A stretch of 64,000 nucleotides of DNA from an uncultured Methanomicrobiaceae archaeon (GTDB lineage: Archaea > Halobacteriota > Methanomicrobia > Methanomicrobiales > Methanoculleaceae). Position 1 is the stretch's first letter. Each line of letters begins with the position of its first letter. The stretch spans positions 1,568,001 through 1,632,000 of the forward strand of contig CAWGXH010000004.1 in NCBI GenBank assembly GCA_963826525.1, read 5' to 3'. The position numbers and the translations under genes were made by a program. The notes beneath the pieces are model-generated. The model was not told where the DNA came from and did not search any database. It saw only the letters and a list, made by a program, of their open reading frames with translations. Shown piece after piece: positions 1-10,958 of the stretch.

Positions 1-139
1 AGAACTTCCCGTTCGTGATGGAGAAGAATGCGGTGACGGCGAGTCCTACGCCGGTGAGGAGGAGACCCACGAGGATCAGGATCGTGACCTCGCCGATGAT
101 GGCCATCAGCGAAGTCCATGTGCCGGAATCAACGATCAT
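1..139 (-). CDS. Membrane-anchored protein, probably DUF116 family (N-terminal part only, runs off the window)
   Basis: Manual translation from ATG at 139: MIVDSGTWTSLMAIIGEVTILILVGLLLTGVGLAVTAFFSITNGKF. Hydrophobic N-terminus, directly downstream of mtnA in the same orientation. The family call is from recalled context only. Confidence 0.5.
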   Translation of the reverse strand, partial: MIVDSGTWTSLMAIIGEVTILILVGLLLTGVGLAVTAFFSITNGKF

Positions 140-145
140 ATGTCA

Positions 146-1190
146 CTATCCCCTCGCTTTCAGAGAGGCGAACGATTCGGCGTAGGGTGGCCGGAGCACC
201 CCAGCCTCGGTGACGATGGCAGTGACGAGATCGAGGGGCGTGGCGTCGAATGCGTAGTTCAATACCTTAACGTTCGCAGGGGCGAGCTGCCGCTCTCCGC
301 AGTATGCGAGTTCGTCACGGCTTCGTTCTTCTATTATTATATCTTTTGCCTTGTGGGCGAGATCGAAGGTGGAGAGCGGTGCCGCCACGTAGAAGGGAAT
401 GCCGTGGTGGCGGGCGGAGACGGCATGCATATAGGTGCCGATCTTGTTGAAGACCGCATCGCGGGTGATCCGGTCTGCCCCGACGATGACGAGGTCGATG
501 GCTCCCGTCTGCATCAGGTATGCCGCGGACGAATCGGTGATCAACGTGACGTCGAGCCCCTCGTGCGCGAGCTCCCAGCAGGTCAGGCGGGAACCCTGGT
601 TGAGCGGCCTTGTTTCGCAGGCGATCACCCGCACCGACTTTCCTGCGGCGACGGCCGACCGGATCACGCCGAGCGCGGTTCCCCACGCCCGGCAAGCGAG
701 GGCACCTGCATTGCAGTGCGTGAGCACCGTCGCTCCGTCGGGGATCAGAATCCGCTCCGAACCCGCCGAGTGTTCTGCAGGTCGCCTCGTCTTCGTCGGC
801 GACGGCCAGCGCCTCGGCAATGGCCCGGCTTCGCGCCTCCCCGACGGAAGTGGCCTTTCGGATCTCTGCAAGCACCCTGTCGATCCCCCAGGCGAGGTTC
901 ACCGCCGTCGGCCGGGTGTTCCGAAGTATCTCGGCAGCGTGCGCGACCTCGCTCCTGAACCGGTCGGGATCGGTCTCACTGCTGGTTGCCGCCGCGAGAG
1001 CGACACCCATGGCACCGGCGACGCCGAGTGCCGGCGCCCCCCTGATCGCAAGCCGCCGGATTGCATCGGCGAGCCGGTCGACGGTGGTGCACCGGACGAC
1101 CTCGTAGCGGCCGGGAAGCGCCGTCTGATCGATAAAGAGGATGCTGTTTGTCTCCCGATCCCATGCAACCGTGTATTCCGTCCCGGTCAT
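146..1190 (-). CDS. mtnA: S-methyl-5-thioribose-1-phosphate isomerase (eIF-2B family); one apparent +1 frameshift at ~750
   Basis: N-half in ORF 315..1406 ([15 protein letters not shown]). C-half in ORF 146..871 ([37 protein letters not shown]). Removing one base at cagaatcc joins them. Confidence 0.9.
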
Positions 1191-1194
1191 CGTT

Positions 1195-2469
1195 TCAGTC
1201 CGCCCTGAGCGCGTCGAGGTATGCCCGCATCGCCGCCGCTCCGCCCATTGCCACTGAGTCGGGAATATCGCGGGGCGCCGCAGCAGCTCCTGCGATGTAG
1301 ATGCCCGGCCTGATGGTCCTGACGGGAGCGGTCTTCTCGTCTTCAGCGGCAAAAAATCCGGTCTTCGCCCTGGGTATGCCGAGTTTTCCCGCGATCTCGT
1401 CTGCACCGGCCGCAGGCTCGAGGCCGACCGAGAGCACGACGAGATCGGGAGAGAACTGCTCGACCTCGCCGGTCTCGGTATTCTCGGCCTGGAGGAGCAT
1501 GCTGCTGCTGCCCACGATCACTTCGCCCGGGAATCCGCGGATAAACCGGACACCCATCTGCTGTGCACGGTTGTAATACTCCTCGTATCCCTTTCCGTAT
1601 GCGCGGATATCGTTGTAGAATATCCGGACGTCAATTGCCGGGTACTTCTCTTTAACGAGCATCGCGTTCTTCATGGCGTACATGCAGCAGACCCCGGAGC
1701 AGTATGGGCGATCGACTGAGGTGTCGCGGGATCCCACGCACTGCACGAACGCAATGCTTCCGGGCGCCGTCCCGTCGGAGAGCCGTTTGAGTTTGCCTCC
1801 CGTGGGGCCGCTCGCGTTGATCATCCGCTCGAACTCAAGGCTCGTGATGACATCCGGGCCTGAGAGGTAACGCAGCTGCTCCTTCCTCCGGGCGTTGAAG
1901 GTCGCGTATCCGGTCGCCAGCACAATCGAGGCGACGCCGATCTTAATCGTCCGTTCAGTGTCCTCACGGAGCACCGCCTCTCGCCCGCAGATGTCGTAGC
2001 AGAGTCCGCACTCGATGCAGTGCTCGTTGTCCTTGATGACGATGTCGGGGACGGCCTGCGGGTGGGGCTTATAGATAGCTTTCCGGACGCCGATCCCTGC
2101 ATCGAACCGATTGTAGACCTCCACAGGGCAGATCCGGACGCAGTCCCCACAGCCGTTGCACTCCGCCTCGTCGACATAGCGGGGGTGCTTCCGGATCGTG
2201 ACCGTGAAGTTCCCGACCTCTCCCTCGACCGAATCCACCTCGGTACAGGTATGGATGGTGATATTCGGGTGGCGTGCAACGTCCACCATCTTCGGGGAGA
2301 GGATGCACATTGAGCAGTCGTTCGTCGGAAAGGTTTTGTCGAGCTGAGCCATGTGGCCGCCGATCGTCGGCTCGCGCTCGATCAGGTGAACGTGGATATC
2401 ATGATCCGCAAGGTCAAGAGCCGCCTGGATACCCGCGACACCCGCTCCGATAACCGCTACCTCAGCCAT
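1195..2469 (-). CDS. hdrA: Short heterodisulfide reductase subunit A-like flavoprotein (FAD + Fe-S)
   Basis: GAGVAG FAD motif, IGGHMAQLDKTFPTNDCSMCI, ferredoxin motifs CNGCGDCVRICP and CIECGLCYDIC, QCVGSRD, CSGVCC. Confidence 0.88.
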   Translation of the reverse strand: MAEVAVIGAGVAGIQAALDLADHDIHVHLIEREPTIGGHMAQLDKTFPTNDCSMCILSPKMVDVARHPNITIHTCTEVDSVEGEVGNFTVTIRKHPRYVDEAECNGCGDCVRICPVEVYNRFDAGIGVRKAIYKPHPQAVPDIVIKDNEHCIECGLCYDICGREAVLREDTERTIKIGVASIVLATGYATFNARRKEQLRYLSGPDVITSLEFERMINASGPTGGKLKRLSDGTAPGSIAFVQCVGSRDTSVDRPYCSGVCCMYAMKNAMLVKEKYPAIDVRIFYNDIRAYGKGYEEYYNRAQQMGVRFIRGFPGEVIVGSSSMLLQAENTETGEVEQFSPDLVVLSVGLEPAAGADEIAGKLGIPRAKTGFFAAEDEKTAPVRTIRPGIYIAGAAAAPRDIPDSVAMGGAAAMRAYLDALRAD

Positions 2470-2954
2470 GCCGGTACCTCCCTGCAAGTTCGACGTACCG
2501 ACCGTGCATTCGCGATGATACTTTGCCGCTGCTCTTCGCTTGTCTCCTTCACCACTTTGCCGGGGACGCCGAGGACGAGGGAGCCCGCCGGGATCTCCTT
2601 CCCCTCGGTGATGACCGCCCCGGCGCCGATGACGGAGCCTTCGCCGACGATTGCACCGTTCAGTACGATCGCCCCCATCCCGACGAGGACGCGATCCCGG
2701 ATCGTGCAGCCGTGCAGGATGGCGCCGTGGCCTACCGAGACCTGCGAGCCGATGGTGACCGGGTATCCGGTCGTCGTGTGGACGACGGCGTTGTCCTGGA
2801 TGTTCGACTCCTTCCCGATGGCGATACGGTCCTTGTCGGCACGAACGACGGCGCCGAACCAGACATTCGCGTCGTCGCCGATGGTGACATCTCCGATGAC
2901 CGTTGCATTCTCGGCGATGAAGACCCGGGAACCTGCAACAATGCCGCTCTCCAT
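2462..2954 (-). CDS. Gamma-class carbonic anhydrase family (hexapeptide repeat) protein; apparent frameshift near the C-terminus (~2498)
   Basis: IGDVTIGDDANVWFGAVVRAD, NIQDNAVVH, VGHGAILHGC. Removing one base restores the typical C-terminal NARSYVELAGRYRHG*. Confidence 0.88.
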
Positions 2955-3113
2955 AGTACGTCTACTATTTGATGCGGTCATACAAAATGCTCTCCATTCC
3001 GGAGGGTGGAACGCCGCATGCAATTGCTCTCCGGTGCCCGCCGCCCGGCGCGGATGACGAGCCTATGGCGGATCACTACCCATAAGGCTTACCGGACACA
3101 ACCTCTCTGCACA

Positions 3114-3572
3114 ATGAGAGTGATGGTCGGAGGAACGTTCGATCCCCTGCACGCCGGGCACCAGAAGTTGCTCACCCGTTCATTCCAGGCTGCAGGGCAG
3201 GACGGTTATGTGACGATCGGTATAACGACCGACGAGTTCGCGGGGAGCAAGACCCATCCCGTCCGGCCGTTCGAGGAGCGGAGACGTGACGTCGAGGAGT
3301 TTATACGGCAGAGCGGCTTTCCCGCCGGCTGGATGATCGAGCCGCTCTCCGACCGGTATGGCTCTGCGCTCGAGGCGGACTTCGACGCCCTGGTCGTCTC
3401 TGAAGAGACGTTCCCCGTCGCTGTTGAGATAAACGTTCTTCGCAAAAATCACGGGCGAAAAAAGGTGGACATTCACGAGATCAGCTGCGTGCTCGCTGAA
3501 GACGGAAGAAGGATCTCGAGCACGCGCATCTACCGGGGCGAGATCGACCGCCGCGGCCAGCTCGTCAGATGA
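3114..3572 (+). CDS. coaD: Phosphopantetheine adenylyltransferase (archaeal type)
   Basis: VGGTFDPLHAGH (HIGH motif), VVSEET, ISSTRI. Confidence 0.9.
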   Translation: MRVMVGGTFDPLHAGHQKLLTRSFQAAGQDGYVTIGITTDEFAGSKTHPVRPFEERRRDVEEFIRQSGFPAGWMIEPLSDRYGSALEADFDALVVSEETFPVAVEINVLRKNHGRKKVDIHEISCVLAEDGRRISSTRIYRGEIDRRGQLVR

Positions 3573-4036
3573 TGTGGCCTGCGATATCGGTCTTGATCCA
3601 CCAGTCGCAGTAGAGGCAGTGCAGACCTTTTTCGAGCACCTCAAAGGTGCTCTCCACCGGCTCGTTCGTGTTGGTGATGCAGCCCGGGTTCGGGCAGCGG
3701 ACGACGCCCCGGAGGATCTTCGGGATCTCGACCCCTTTCTTCTCGACGACAAGGTACCTCCCGGATGATATTGATCTTCGCCTGCGGCGCGATCAGGGCG
3801 ATCCGGTCGACCTCTTCGGTGCGAAGCTCGCGGTTCTCGATCTTGACGATGTCTTTCTTCTCCATCCGGTGGCTTGCAACATTGGTGGCGACGCTCAGCG
3901 ACTCGGTCGTCGATCCCGTGATCCCGAGGATCTTCAGCACGTTGAGTGCTTCTCCCGCAGTGATATGATCGATCACGGTGCCGCTCCGGATGGGACTGAT
4001 GAGCAGGCCTTTCACGGGACTCGCTTCGTCGTTCAT
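3565..4036 (-). CDS. pyrI: Aspartate carbamoyltransferase regulatory chain; apparent +1 frameshift at ~3758
   Basis: GTVIDHI and KKDIVKIE. After the frameshift it reads [12 protein letters not shown]...[10 protein letters not shown]...HCLYCD (Zn ligands) to TGA at 3565. Confidence 0.92.
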
Positions 4037-4932
4037 TTCATCACCTCATGGAGGAGTGCCATTCTGACCGGCACCCCGTTTCGTGACTGTTCGAAGTAGC
4101 GTGCGTACGGGAGGCTGTCCACCCCTGAGTCGATCTCACCCGCCCGCGGCAGCGGATGCAGCACTATCAGGTGTTCCTGCACATTGGCCAGGAGTTCGGG
4201 AGTGATCCGGTAACTCGATGCCACGTTATAGTACGATGCCGAATCGGGGAAGCGCTCCCGCTGGATGCGGGTGACGTAGAGGACGTCGAGATCTTCGACG
4301 ATCTCGCTCACGTCTTCGTGCTGGATGACCTCCATCCCCCGCTCGCGCAGTTCGTGGAGAATATTCGCCGGAAGCTCGAGTCCTGCCGGCGCGATGGTGT
4401 GTATGGTCACCCCGTAGAGGGAGAGGGCATAGGCGAGCGAGTGCGCCGTCCTGCCGTAGCGCAGGTCGCCGAGCATCCCGACGTTGATCCCGTCGATCGG
4501 CATCGACTGGCGTATCGTGTAGAGATCGAGGAGGGTCTGGGACGGGTGCTGGCCGGCACCGTCTCCGGCGTTAATGACCGGAACGGTCGCAAACTCGCTT
4601 GCGAGCCTGGCCGCCCCTTCTTTCGGGTGCCGGAGCACGATGGCATCGACGTAGCCGCTCACCACCCGAATGGTGTCGGCAAGCGTCTCCCCCTTCACGA
4701 TGGAACTTGCCTCGACACTGTCGACGCTGATCGACTTGCCGCCGAGCCGTGCCATGGCCGTCTCGAACGACATCCTGGTACGCGTGCTGGGCTCGAAGAA
4801 GAGGAGGGCGAGCAGTTTCTCTTCGAGAGCGTGGCGGTCGTACGTGCGGGTATCGAACGCACCTGCTCTCTCAAGCAGGTAGTCGATATCTCTCCGTGTA
4901 TAATCTCTGATCGAGATGATATGGTTCGTCAT
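4033..4932 (-). CDS. pyrB: Aspartate carbamoyltransferase catalytic subunit
   Basis: [37 protein letters not shown]. Confidence 0.97.
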   Translation of the reverse strand: MTNHIISIRDYTRRDIDYLLERAGAFDTRTYDRHALEEKLLALLFFEPSTRTRMSFETAMARLGGKSISVDSVEASSIVKGETLADTIRVVSGYVDAIVLRHPKEGAARLASEFATVPVINAGDGAGQHPSQTLLDLYTIRQSMPIDGINVGMLGDLRYGRTAHSLAYALSLYGVTIHTIAPAGLELPANILHELRERGMEVIQHEDVSEIVEDLDVLYVTRIQRERFPDSASYYNVASSYRITPELLANVQEHLIVLHPLPRAGEIDSGVDSLPYARYFEQSRNGVPVRMALLHEVMK

Positions 4933-5117
4933 GCCTTATCTTCCGGGGAGTCGTGGGCAGCAGGTGAGAGGATCGGCGTTTTCTTTCGTTCTCTCTCACG
5001 GAATATGTCCTCTATAACGTATCGTCCTCCCCCATAATAGAGTGATGGCACCGTTGCCGTCCCCCGATCGCAACCTTTGTCAGATACGGAAACAATCTAA
5101 CTGAACGGAGATACGAA

Positions 5118-5321
5118 ATGCCGGAGATCGAAGGCGAGTACGCACCCGAAACCTGCTGCCACTGCGATGGGCTCGGGTGCCTCTACTGCGATAAAAAGGG
5201 CGTTGTCATGGTGCTGCAACCGTCACGGAAGTGCGAACACTGCGGGGGGGACTGTTGCATCTACTGCGGCTACACCGGGTGGCATCATCCCCTGCGCGAG
5301 GAAAAAGGGAAACGTTGCTGA
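5118..5321 (+). CDS. Small Cys-rich putative zinc-finger protein (67 aa)
   Basis: CCHCDGLGCLYC and CEHCGGDCCIYCGYTG motifs; GGAG upstream of the ATG; fills the intergenic gap. Confidence 0.7.
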   Translation: MPEIEGEYAPETCCHCDGLGCLYCDKKGVVMVLQPSRKCEHCGGDCCIYCGYTGWHHPLREEKGKRC

Positions 5322-5323
5322 AA

Positions 5324-6049
5324 CTATTTTCGGGCGATCGTGATGTACCCGCTGTGGCCGACCCTGGTGGACGGCCGCGTTCCCCGCCCTGAACGGACGA
5401 GCTCGCGCTCCATACACTCGTAGGCGTGCACGTCCCGGAAGAGGGGCTGCGCCGCATCGAGGACGGTGAACGTATGTTCGAGGAACGGCGTGTAACTCGC
5501 GAGGTAACCGCCCGGTTTGAGAAGGGCGTGCGCGTGCTCGACGTGCGCCGCAGAGAGCCCCATATCGAGATGGACGACGTCGTACAGGCCGTCGGCCTCA
5601 AGCACGTCGCAGGTGCGCACCTCGACGTTTTCAAGACCGGCGTTGTTGATGTTCTTTCTCGCAAGCGCTGCAAACTCCGGCCGCACCTCGCAGGTGACCA
5701 CCCGGCGGGCGATGTTTCCGAAGTATATGGCTGCAATGCCGCTCCCCGTTCCCGCATCAAGCACCTCGTCCCGGCGGTTCATCCCGGTATAGGCGATCAC
5801 CATGCCGATATCCTTCGGGAGCATCGGTGCACCGCTCCTGCGGGCATGGGTGAAAAAATCCGTCGGGCGGGGGCGGAGAATGGTAAACGCCACATCTTTA
5901 TGCGTTCTTATGATGTCGCCGGGTGACGCACCGACGAGCGTCCCGAGATCGAGTGTCCCGAGGTCCGTGCCGAGCTCTCCAGGCCCGGCCTGCACATAAT
6001 ATTCCCGCTTCTCCCCGACAAGGAGAAGGCGTTCGCCTTCCTCGATCAT
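5324..6049 (-). CDS. trmI: tRNA (adenine-N1)-methyltransferase, TrmI/GCD14 family
   Basis: RSGAPMLPKDIG, VLDAGTGSG, YTPFLE, RVGHSGYIT. Confidence 0.85.
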   Translation of the reverse strand: MIEEGERLLLVGEKREYYVQAGPGELGTDLGTLDLGTLVGASPGDIIRTHKDVAFTILRPRPTDFFTHARRSGAPMLPKDIGMVIAYTGMNRRDEVLDAGTGSGIAAIYFGNIARRVVTCEVRPEFAALARKNINNAGLENVEVRTCDVLEADGLYDVVHLDMGLSAAHVEHAHALLKPGGYLASYTPFLEHTFTVLDAAQPLFRDVHAYECMERELVRSGRGTRPSTRVGHSGYITIARK

Positions 6050-6384
6050 TGCTGTGCAAGCTTCAGAATGGCTTCGGCGATATCGCCCCTGGTCTCGGTG
6101 AGTGCAGCCCGTGCAGCCTCCTCACCGACGCCCGTCTGGGATGCGACGAGGGCTACGTCTTCGGCAGGGATATCCGGCGCTGCTTCTTCGAACCGTGCGT
6201 CGCCGGTGAGCTGGTAGGTGGTCACGCCCTGCATCTTCGTCGCCACCACTTCGGCGTTATCGAAGACGTAGTTGCCGCTTGGAGTGTAGATGACGACCTT
6301 CTCGACGTCTTCTATCTGCTCCATCTCCATGCCCATCTGCTTCATCATCTGCTTCATTTTCTTTGGGTTTATGTTTGGAAACAT
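6046..6384 (-). CDS. nac: Nascent polypeptide-associated complex protein
   Basis: NPKKMKQMMKQMGM N-terminus; C-terminal UBA-like EDVALVASQTGV...GDIAEAIL. Confidence 0.93.
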   Translation of the reverse strand: MFPNINPKKMKQMMKQMGMEMEQIEDVEKVVIYTPSGNYVFDNAEVVATKMQGVTTYQLTGDARFEEAAPDIPAEDVALVASQTGVGEEAARAALTETRGDIAEAILKLAQQ

Positions 6385-6863
6385 TCCGAATCCCTTCCCT
6401 GCCGTACTTTTACCGCTACACCGTAATTAAATGCCAGCATCTCCGCCCCGCCGAGCAGGGCGACACCGGTGGCAACGAGCGTATCGCCGTCTCCGACGAC
6501 GAGCACTTCGTCCCCCGCCCGGATGCCGGGATCTGCCCCGACAATGTGCTTTGCCATCGCGTTCTTTCCTGCCGCGACAAAAGGCGTTACATCCTCCCTG
6601 ATCGCCACGCGGTAGGCAGGTGCCCGGCACGCGGAGACGAGGCGCGATGCACCGACATACCCGAGGGTCAATCTGCCGTCCTGTGCACGGACGGTGGCAA
6701 GGCGGATTCTGCCCAGGAGTATCTGGCGGATCCTTCCCGTCGTGGAGAGCTGAAACTCACACTCGTCGGGAAAGACGGCTGCACCTGCACCGTTGCCGAA
6801 CTGAAAATCAGCAATGGTGCGAACTCTGCGAAGCAGACTGTTCTTCGAGTACTCGGTTGACAC
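6369..6863 (-). CDS. PUA-domain RNA-binding protein (like the C-terminal domain of archaeosine TGT)
   Basis: RVRTIADFQFG...GKNAMAKHIVGADPGIRAGDEVLVV...GVAVKVRQG. GTG start at 6863 is assumed. Confidence 0.8.
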   Translation of the reverse strand: MSTEYSKNSLLRRVRTIADFQFGNGAGAAVFPDECEFQLSTTGRIRQILLGRIRLATVRAQDGRLTLGYVGASRLVSACRAPAYRVAIREDVTPFVAAGKNAMAKHIVGADPGIRAGDEVLVVGDGDTLVATGVALLGGAEMLAFNYGVAVKVRQGRDSECFQT

Positions 6864-8205
6864 GATTGATAAACTCCTGTTCCTTCTCTTTTGGTATATA
6901 CGCACCCGCCGCGATCCGGTGCCCTCCTCCGGCACCGCCGACCTCTTCCGACGCCCGCACCATCGCATCCTGGAGGTCGACGCCCCGGGAAAGCGCCCAC
7001 TCGTTCGTCCTCGCAGATACCTTGGTCATCTCCGGGTCGTCGATCATGACGCTCATGATCAGGATCGGCTTATGCCAGTCGAGCTTCGAGAGTGCCATGC
7101 CGGCTCCGATCCCGACGATCGTATCGGGGAACCGGTCGCCGGTATGGACGTACTGGAGGTGCGAGAGCTCGGTAACACCTGTATCAAGGATGTACTGGAG
7201 GAGCTCTCGTATGATCGCACGGTGGTTAGTGAGCATTCTCTCCGCGTCCTGGTAGGCGGTGCCGCGGTCTCCCCGGCAGACGCTGCTGCCGATACGGGGC
7301 TGTGTCCAGCGCCCGCAGGCGTTTAAGAGGGTGGCATACTCGGAGGCGTTCCGTAGCGGCGTCCGCTCCGGTTCGTCGGGGAAGAGGTAGATCTCTCCGA
7401 GGAGGCGTCCGGTCTCTTTCCCGTGGGCGACGAGCTGCTGGGTCAGCGCACTGATGATCGTCTTCTTGTCCTCAAAGGAGAGTTCCTCCCAGACAAGCCA
7501 GCGCCCTTCGTCCGCCTTTAAGGTCACGTTCAGTTTCTGCAGAAAGCGGAGGGCGGCGTTGGTGTTGCCGCTGATCCCGGCGATGTAGGGATCGTCGCTG
7601 TAGCCGAGACAGACGTGGACGGGTCTCGTTGAGGTGCCGTAACAGTTGAGGTCGTGTCTCCGGATAACGACGTTGCCGAACATCGCCCCGTCGAGCGCGA
7701 TCTCGCGTGCGGGTCCGACGAGGCCGCAGCCCTCCCTGGCCATCATATCTCCGACATTCCCCACCACGGCGAGCTTGGCAAGGTCGCTGTTGCCGCTGTC
7801 GAGCTCCTTTGCCATCAGGTATGCAACGCCTGCGGCGCTCATCTTCTGATGCCCGTGATCCAGACAGTTGACCTGCGTGTACCCGGTATCGCAGGGCTGG
7901 CTGACGTGGTGGTCGACGATCAGCACCTCGTCAGCCGTAAGGCCGTGCGCTTCGAGGAGGTTCTGCTGGCCTGCTCCGAGATCGGTGAAGACCTTGAGCG
8001 ACGCATCCTTCGGTACGTGCCGCATCGCCATCGGTTCGAGCTGGCGGACGAAGACGGATTTGACGGGGATCCCCTCCCGCGAGATCGCCTGTGCAAGGAT
8101 CGATTCGGTACTGATACCGTCGGCATCGATATGGGAGACTATCGTCACCTCATCCGCATCGCGTATGGTCTTCACGCCTCTCCTGATATCGTCGCCGAAC
8201 TCCAT
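6808..8205 (-). CDS. DHH/DHHA1 family phosphoesterase (RecJ/GAN-like nuclease)
   Basis: SHIDADG, DLG, IVDHH, GGGHRIAAGA. Start set at MEFGDD after GGAG. Confidence 0.9.
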   Translation of the reverse strand: MEFGDDIRRGVKTIRDADEVTIVSHIDADGISTESILAQAISREGIPVKSVFVRQLEPMAMRHVPKDASLKVFTDLGAGQQNLLEAHGLTADEVLIVDHHVSQPCDTGYTQVNCLDHGHQKMSAAGVAYLMAKELDSGNSDLAKLAVVGNVGDMMAREGCGLVGPAREIALDGAMFGNVVIRRHDLNCYGTSTRPVHVCLGYSDDPYIAGISGNTNAALRFLQKLNVTLKADEGRWLVWEELSFEDKKTIISALTQQLVAHGKETGRLLGEIYLFPDEPERTPLRNASEYATLLNACGRWTQPRIGSSVCRGDRGTAYQDAERMLTNHRAIIRELLQYILDTGVTELSHLQYVHTGDRFPDTIVGIGAGMALSKLDWHKPILIMSVMIDDPEMTKVSARTNEWALSRGVDLQDAMVRASEEVGGAGGGHRIAAGAYIPKEKEQEFINRVNRVLEEQSASQSSHHC

Positions 8206-8348
8206 CTCCTTAGAGTATGGGTTCTGTCTGCCAATAAATTCTGGTATCGCCATAACGGCAAACGCGAGACCGGGCATTTCGGATTCATAAGATTTCTATG
8301 GCATGCAGTCCATAGCACTCTCTATAGCTGCCGGAGTGTGGTCGAATC

Positions 8349-9752
8349 GTGAAATCTGATGAACTGCGTGAGTTTTGTGAGGATGGCGTGGTCGGTGCGG
8401 CCAGGATGCGGGCGATAGAGGAGAATGCCATGGCGCTCGGCCTCTCCTCTCCCAGGATGATGGAGAGCGCAGGAAAAGCGCTTGCCGGAGCCGTGCTTGC
8501 ATACGATCCGGATCGCGTTCTGATCCTCTGTGGGAAAGGGAAGAACGGCGGTGACGGGATGGTCGCCGCCCGGTACCTTCAGTCGGCCGCCGAAGTGCAT
8601 GCCATCTACCTGGAATCCGGGAGGATGGCGCCAGAAACCGCCGCCGAACTCCTGCTGCTCCGACATACCGGTGTTACCCTGCACCCTATCCGGTGCACGC
8701 CGGACGTGCTGGCACTCCACCACCTCTTCGAGAGAGCGGATATCATCGTCGATGCGCTCCTCGGCACCGGCGCCGGGGGCACGCTTCGCGAACCGCTCGG
8801 TGCCTGCGTCGAACTCGCAAACGGGAGCGGCAGTCCGATCGTTGCCGCAGATCTTCCCACGCCCGGTATCCGGGCGGCGCGAATCCTCTCCTTCCACCGC
8901 CCGAAACAGGACGGAGCGGAGATTGTGGATATCGGCATTCCGCTCGAGGCGGAGTGCTATGCCGGACCCGGCGATCTGGCGCTTCTCCCGACCCGGTCAT
9001 CGTCGGCCCACAAGGGTGCCGGGGGGGAGGTGCTGGTGGTGGGCGGAGGGCCCTACCAGGGGGCGCCGTACCTCGCCGCTCTTGCCGCTCTCCGGGGCGG
9101 TGCGGATATCGTTCGGATCGCCTCTCCCGCCTTCATCCCGATGCCCGATCTCATCTACGAGCGGCTCGAAGGGACGCATATCACGGAAGACCATATTGAA
9201 ACCATCCTCCGGCTCGTCGATCGCGCCGATGTGGTCGTCTGCGGGATGGGTCTTGGGACAGAGAGTCACGTCGTCGTCCGAGCGATCGCTGAAAACGCTG
9301 CACGGGCAGTCTTTGATGCGGATGCTCTCAGGCACCCGCTGCCGGTGGCGGACGAGACGATCTACACGCCGCATGCCGGGGAGTTTTCACGGATGACGGG
9401 GGATAACCTCCCCGAAGACCTCGCCGCCCGTGCCCGCACGGTGCGATCCGCAGCCGGAGAGGGAACCGTCCTCCTCAAAGGGCCTGTCGACATCATATCC
9501 GACGGCACCCGGGTGCGGTTCAATCGTACCGGAACGTCGGCGATGACCGTCGGAGGGACGGGCGACGTCCTCGCAGGCCTGACGGGAGCGCTCTTCTGCA
9601 CGCTTCCGGCATTTGAGGCTGCTTCTCTTGCGGCATACGTCAACGGGCGCGCCGGGATGGCGGCTGCCGAATGTCGGGGCAATGGGATGCTGGCGACCGA
9701 TCTTGTTGAATATATCCCGGGCGAATTATTCGGAAGGAAGATCCATGGTTGA
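8349..9752 (+). CDS. nnr: Bifunctional NAD(P)H-hydrate epimerase/dehydratase (NnrE-NnrD)
   Basis: [44 protein letters not shown]. Confidence 0.92.
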   Translation: MKSDELREFCEDGVVGAARMRAIEENAMALGLSSPRMMESAGKALAGAVLAYDPDRVLILCGKGKNGGDGMVAARYLQSAAEVHAIYLESGRMAPETAAELLLLRHTGVTLHPIRCTPDVLALHHLFERADIIVDALLGTGAGGTLREPLGACVELANGSGSPIVAADLPTPGIRAARILSFHRPKQDGAEIVDIGIPLEAECYAGPGDLALLPTRSSSAHKGAGGEVLVVGGGPYQGAPYLAALAALRGGADIVRIASPAFIPMPDLIYERLEGTHITEDHIETILRLVDRADVVVCGMGLGTESHVVVRAIAENAARAVFDADALRHPLPVADETIYTPHAGEFSRMTGDNLPEDLAARARTVRSAAGEGTVLLKGPVDIISDGTRVRFNRTGTSAMTVGGTGDVLAGLTGALFCTLPAFEAASLAAYVNGRAGMAAAECRGNGMLATDLVEYIPGELFGRKIHG

Positions 9753-10212
9753 GTTTACGCATATCAGGGGCGACCGCGTTCATATGGTCGATATCACCGG
9801 AAAGGCGGACGTAACGAGGGAAGCCATCGCGAAGGGCAAAATCTACCTTCGGCCGGAGACGCTTGCGGCTATCCGTGAAGGGAAGACGCTGAAAGGGAAT
9901 GTCCTTGCGACGGCACGGGTGGCCGCAACTCTTGCGGTGAAGGAGACCTCGCGGCTCATTCCCATGTGCCACCCGATCTCCCTCGGGAGCATCACCGTCG
10001 ATTTTGAGGAGGGGGACGGGTACATCGAGGCGATGGCCGGGGTAAAATCGTATGGGAAGACCGGCGTCGAGATGGAAGCGCTTACCGGGGTCTCCGTCGC
10101 CCTTCTGACCATCTGGGATATGGTCAAGTCTGCCGAGAAGGACGAAGACGGGCAGTATCCGGTCACGAGGATCGAAGAGATCCGCGTGGTTGAGAAGAGA
10201 AAGGGGAAGTAG
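9745..10212 (+). CDS. moaC: Cyclic pyranopterin monophosphate synthase
   Basis: [31 protein letters not shown]. Confidence 0.95.
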   Translation: MVEFTHIRGDRVHMVDITGKADVTREAIAKGKIYLRPETLAAIREGKTLKGNVLATARVAATLAVKETSRLIPMCHPISLGSITVDFEEGDGYIEAMAGVKSYGKTGVEMEALTGVSVALLTIWDMVKSAEKDEDGQYPVTRIEEIRVVEKRKGK

Positions 10213-10280
10213 GGCGGATCTTCCTTCGCGGTTCCGCCGGATACGAGCCTTTATATCGTCTCCTGTCGACCTGTTAGGAA

Positions 10281-10341
10281 CCACGGGACTCGTCCCGGGA
10301 AAGGAATGTGGCGGAAACGCTGAACCTGAGGTGAAGAACTA
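10281..10341 (+). promoter_or_regulatory. Structured 5' leader of rpl15e (candidate eL15 ribosomal-protein leader)
   Basis: TATA-like tttatatc at ~10250. Hairpins cggga-ctcg-tcccg (10284-10297) and gcg-gaaa-cgc (GNRA loop, 10311-10320) lie before the RBS gaggtga. Confidence 0.5.
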
Positions 10342-10932
10342 ATGGCAAAATCAATGTATGCCTACGTACGTGAGGCATGGAAGCGCCCCGACGAATCCGA
10401 AGTCGGCGGTCTCCTCTGGGAGCGGATGCAGGTATGGCGGCGCGAAGGAAGCATCGTACGTGTTGAGCATCCTACCCGTATTGACCGGGCACGGACGCTC
10501 GGGTACAAGGCAAAGCAGGGAATCGTCGTTGCACGCGTTAAGATCCGCCGCGGAGGCCGGAGGAAGTCCCGGTACGTCCGTGGACGCAGAACCGCCCGCA
10601 TGGGTATGCGCCGGATCACACCCGGCAAGAGCCTGCAGCGGATGGCGGAAGAGCGTGCATCCCGCAAGTTCCCGAATATGGAGGTCTTGAACTCCTACTG
10701 GGTCGGTCAGGACGGACGCCAGAAGTGGTATGAGGTTATCCTCGTCGACGGCAGCCATCCCTCGATCCGGAGCGACAAGACGCTTTGCTGGATTGCAAAC
10801 CCCGTTCACCGTGGCCGTGCGGAGCGTGGAAAGACCTCCGCCGGTATGAAAGGACGCGGCATGAGCACACGGGGCAGGGGCACGGAGAAGACGCGCCCGA
10901 GCATCCGCTCCAATGCAAACCGCGGTAAATAA
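10342..10932 (+). CDS. rpl15e: 50S ribosomal protein L15e
   Basis: [34 protein letters not shown]. Confidence 0.98.
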   Translation: MAKSMYAYVREAWKRPDESEVGGLLWERMQVWRREGSIVRVEHPTRIDRARTLGYKAKQGIVVARVKIRRGGRRKSRYVRGRRTARMGMRRITPGKSLQRMAEERASRKFPNMEVLNSYWVGQDGRQKWYEVILVDGSHPSIRSDKTLCWIANPVHRGRAERGKTSAGMKGRGMSTRGRGTEKTRPSIRSNANRGK

Positions 10933-10958
10933 TCACCCTTTTTTTACGAACAGATCTG

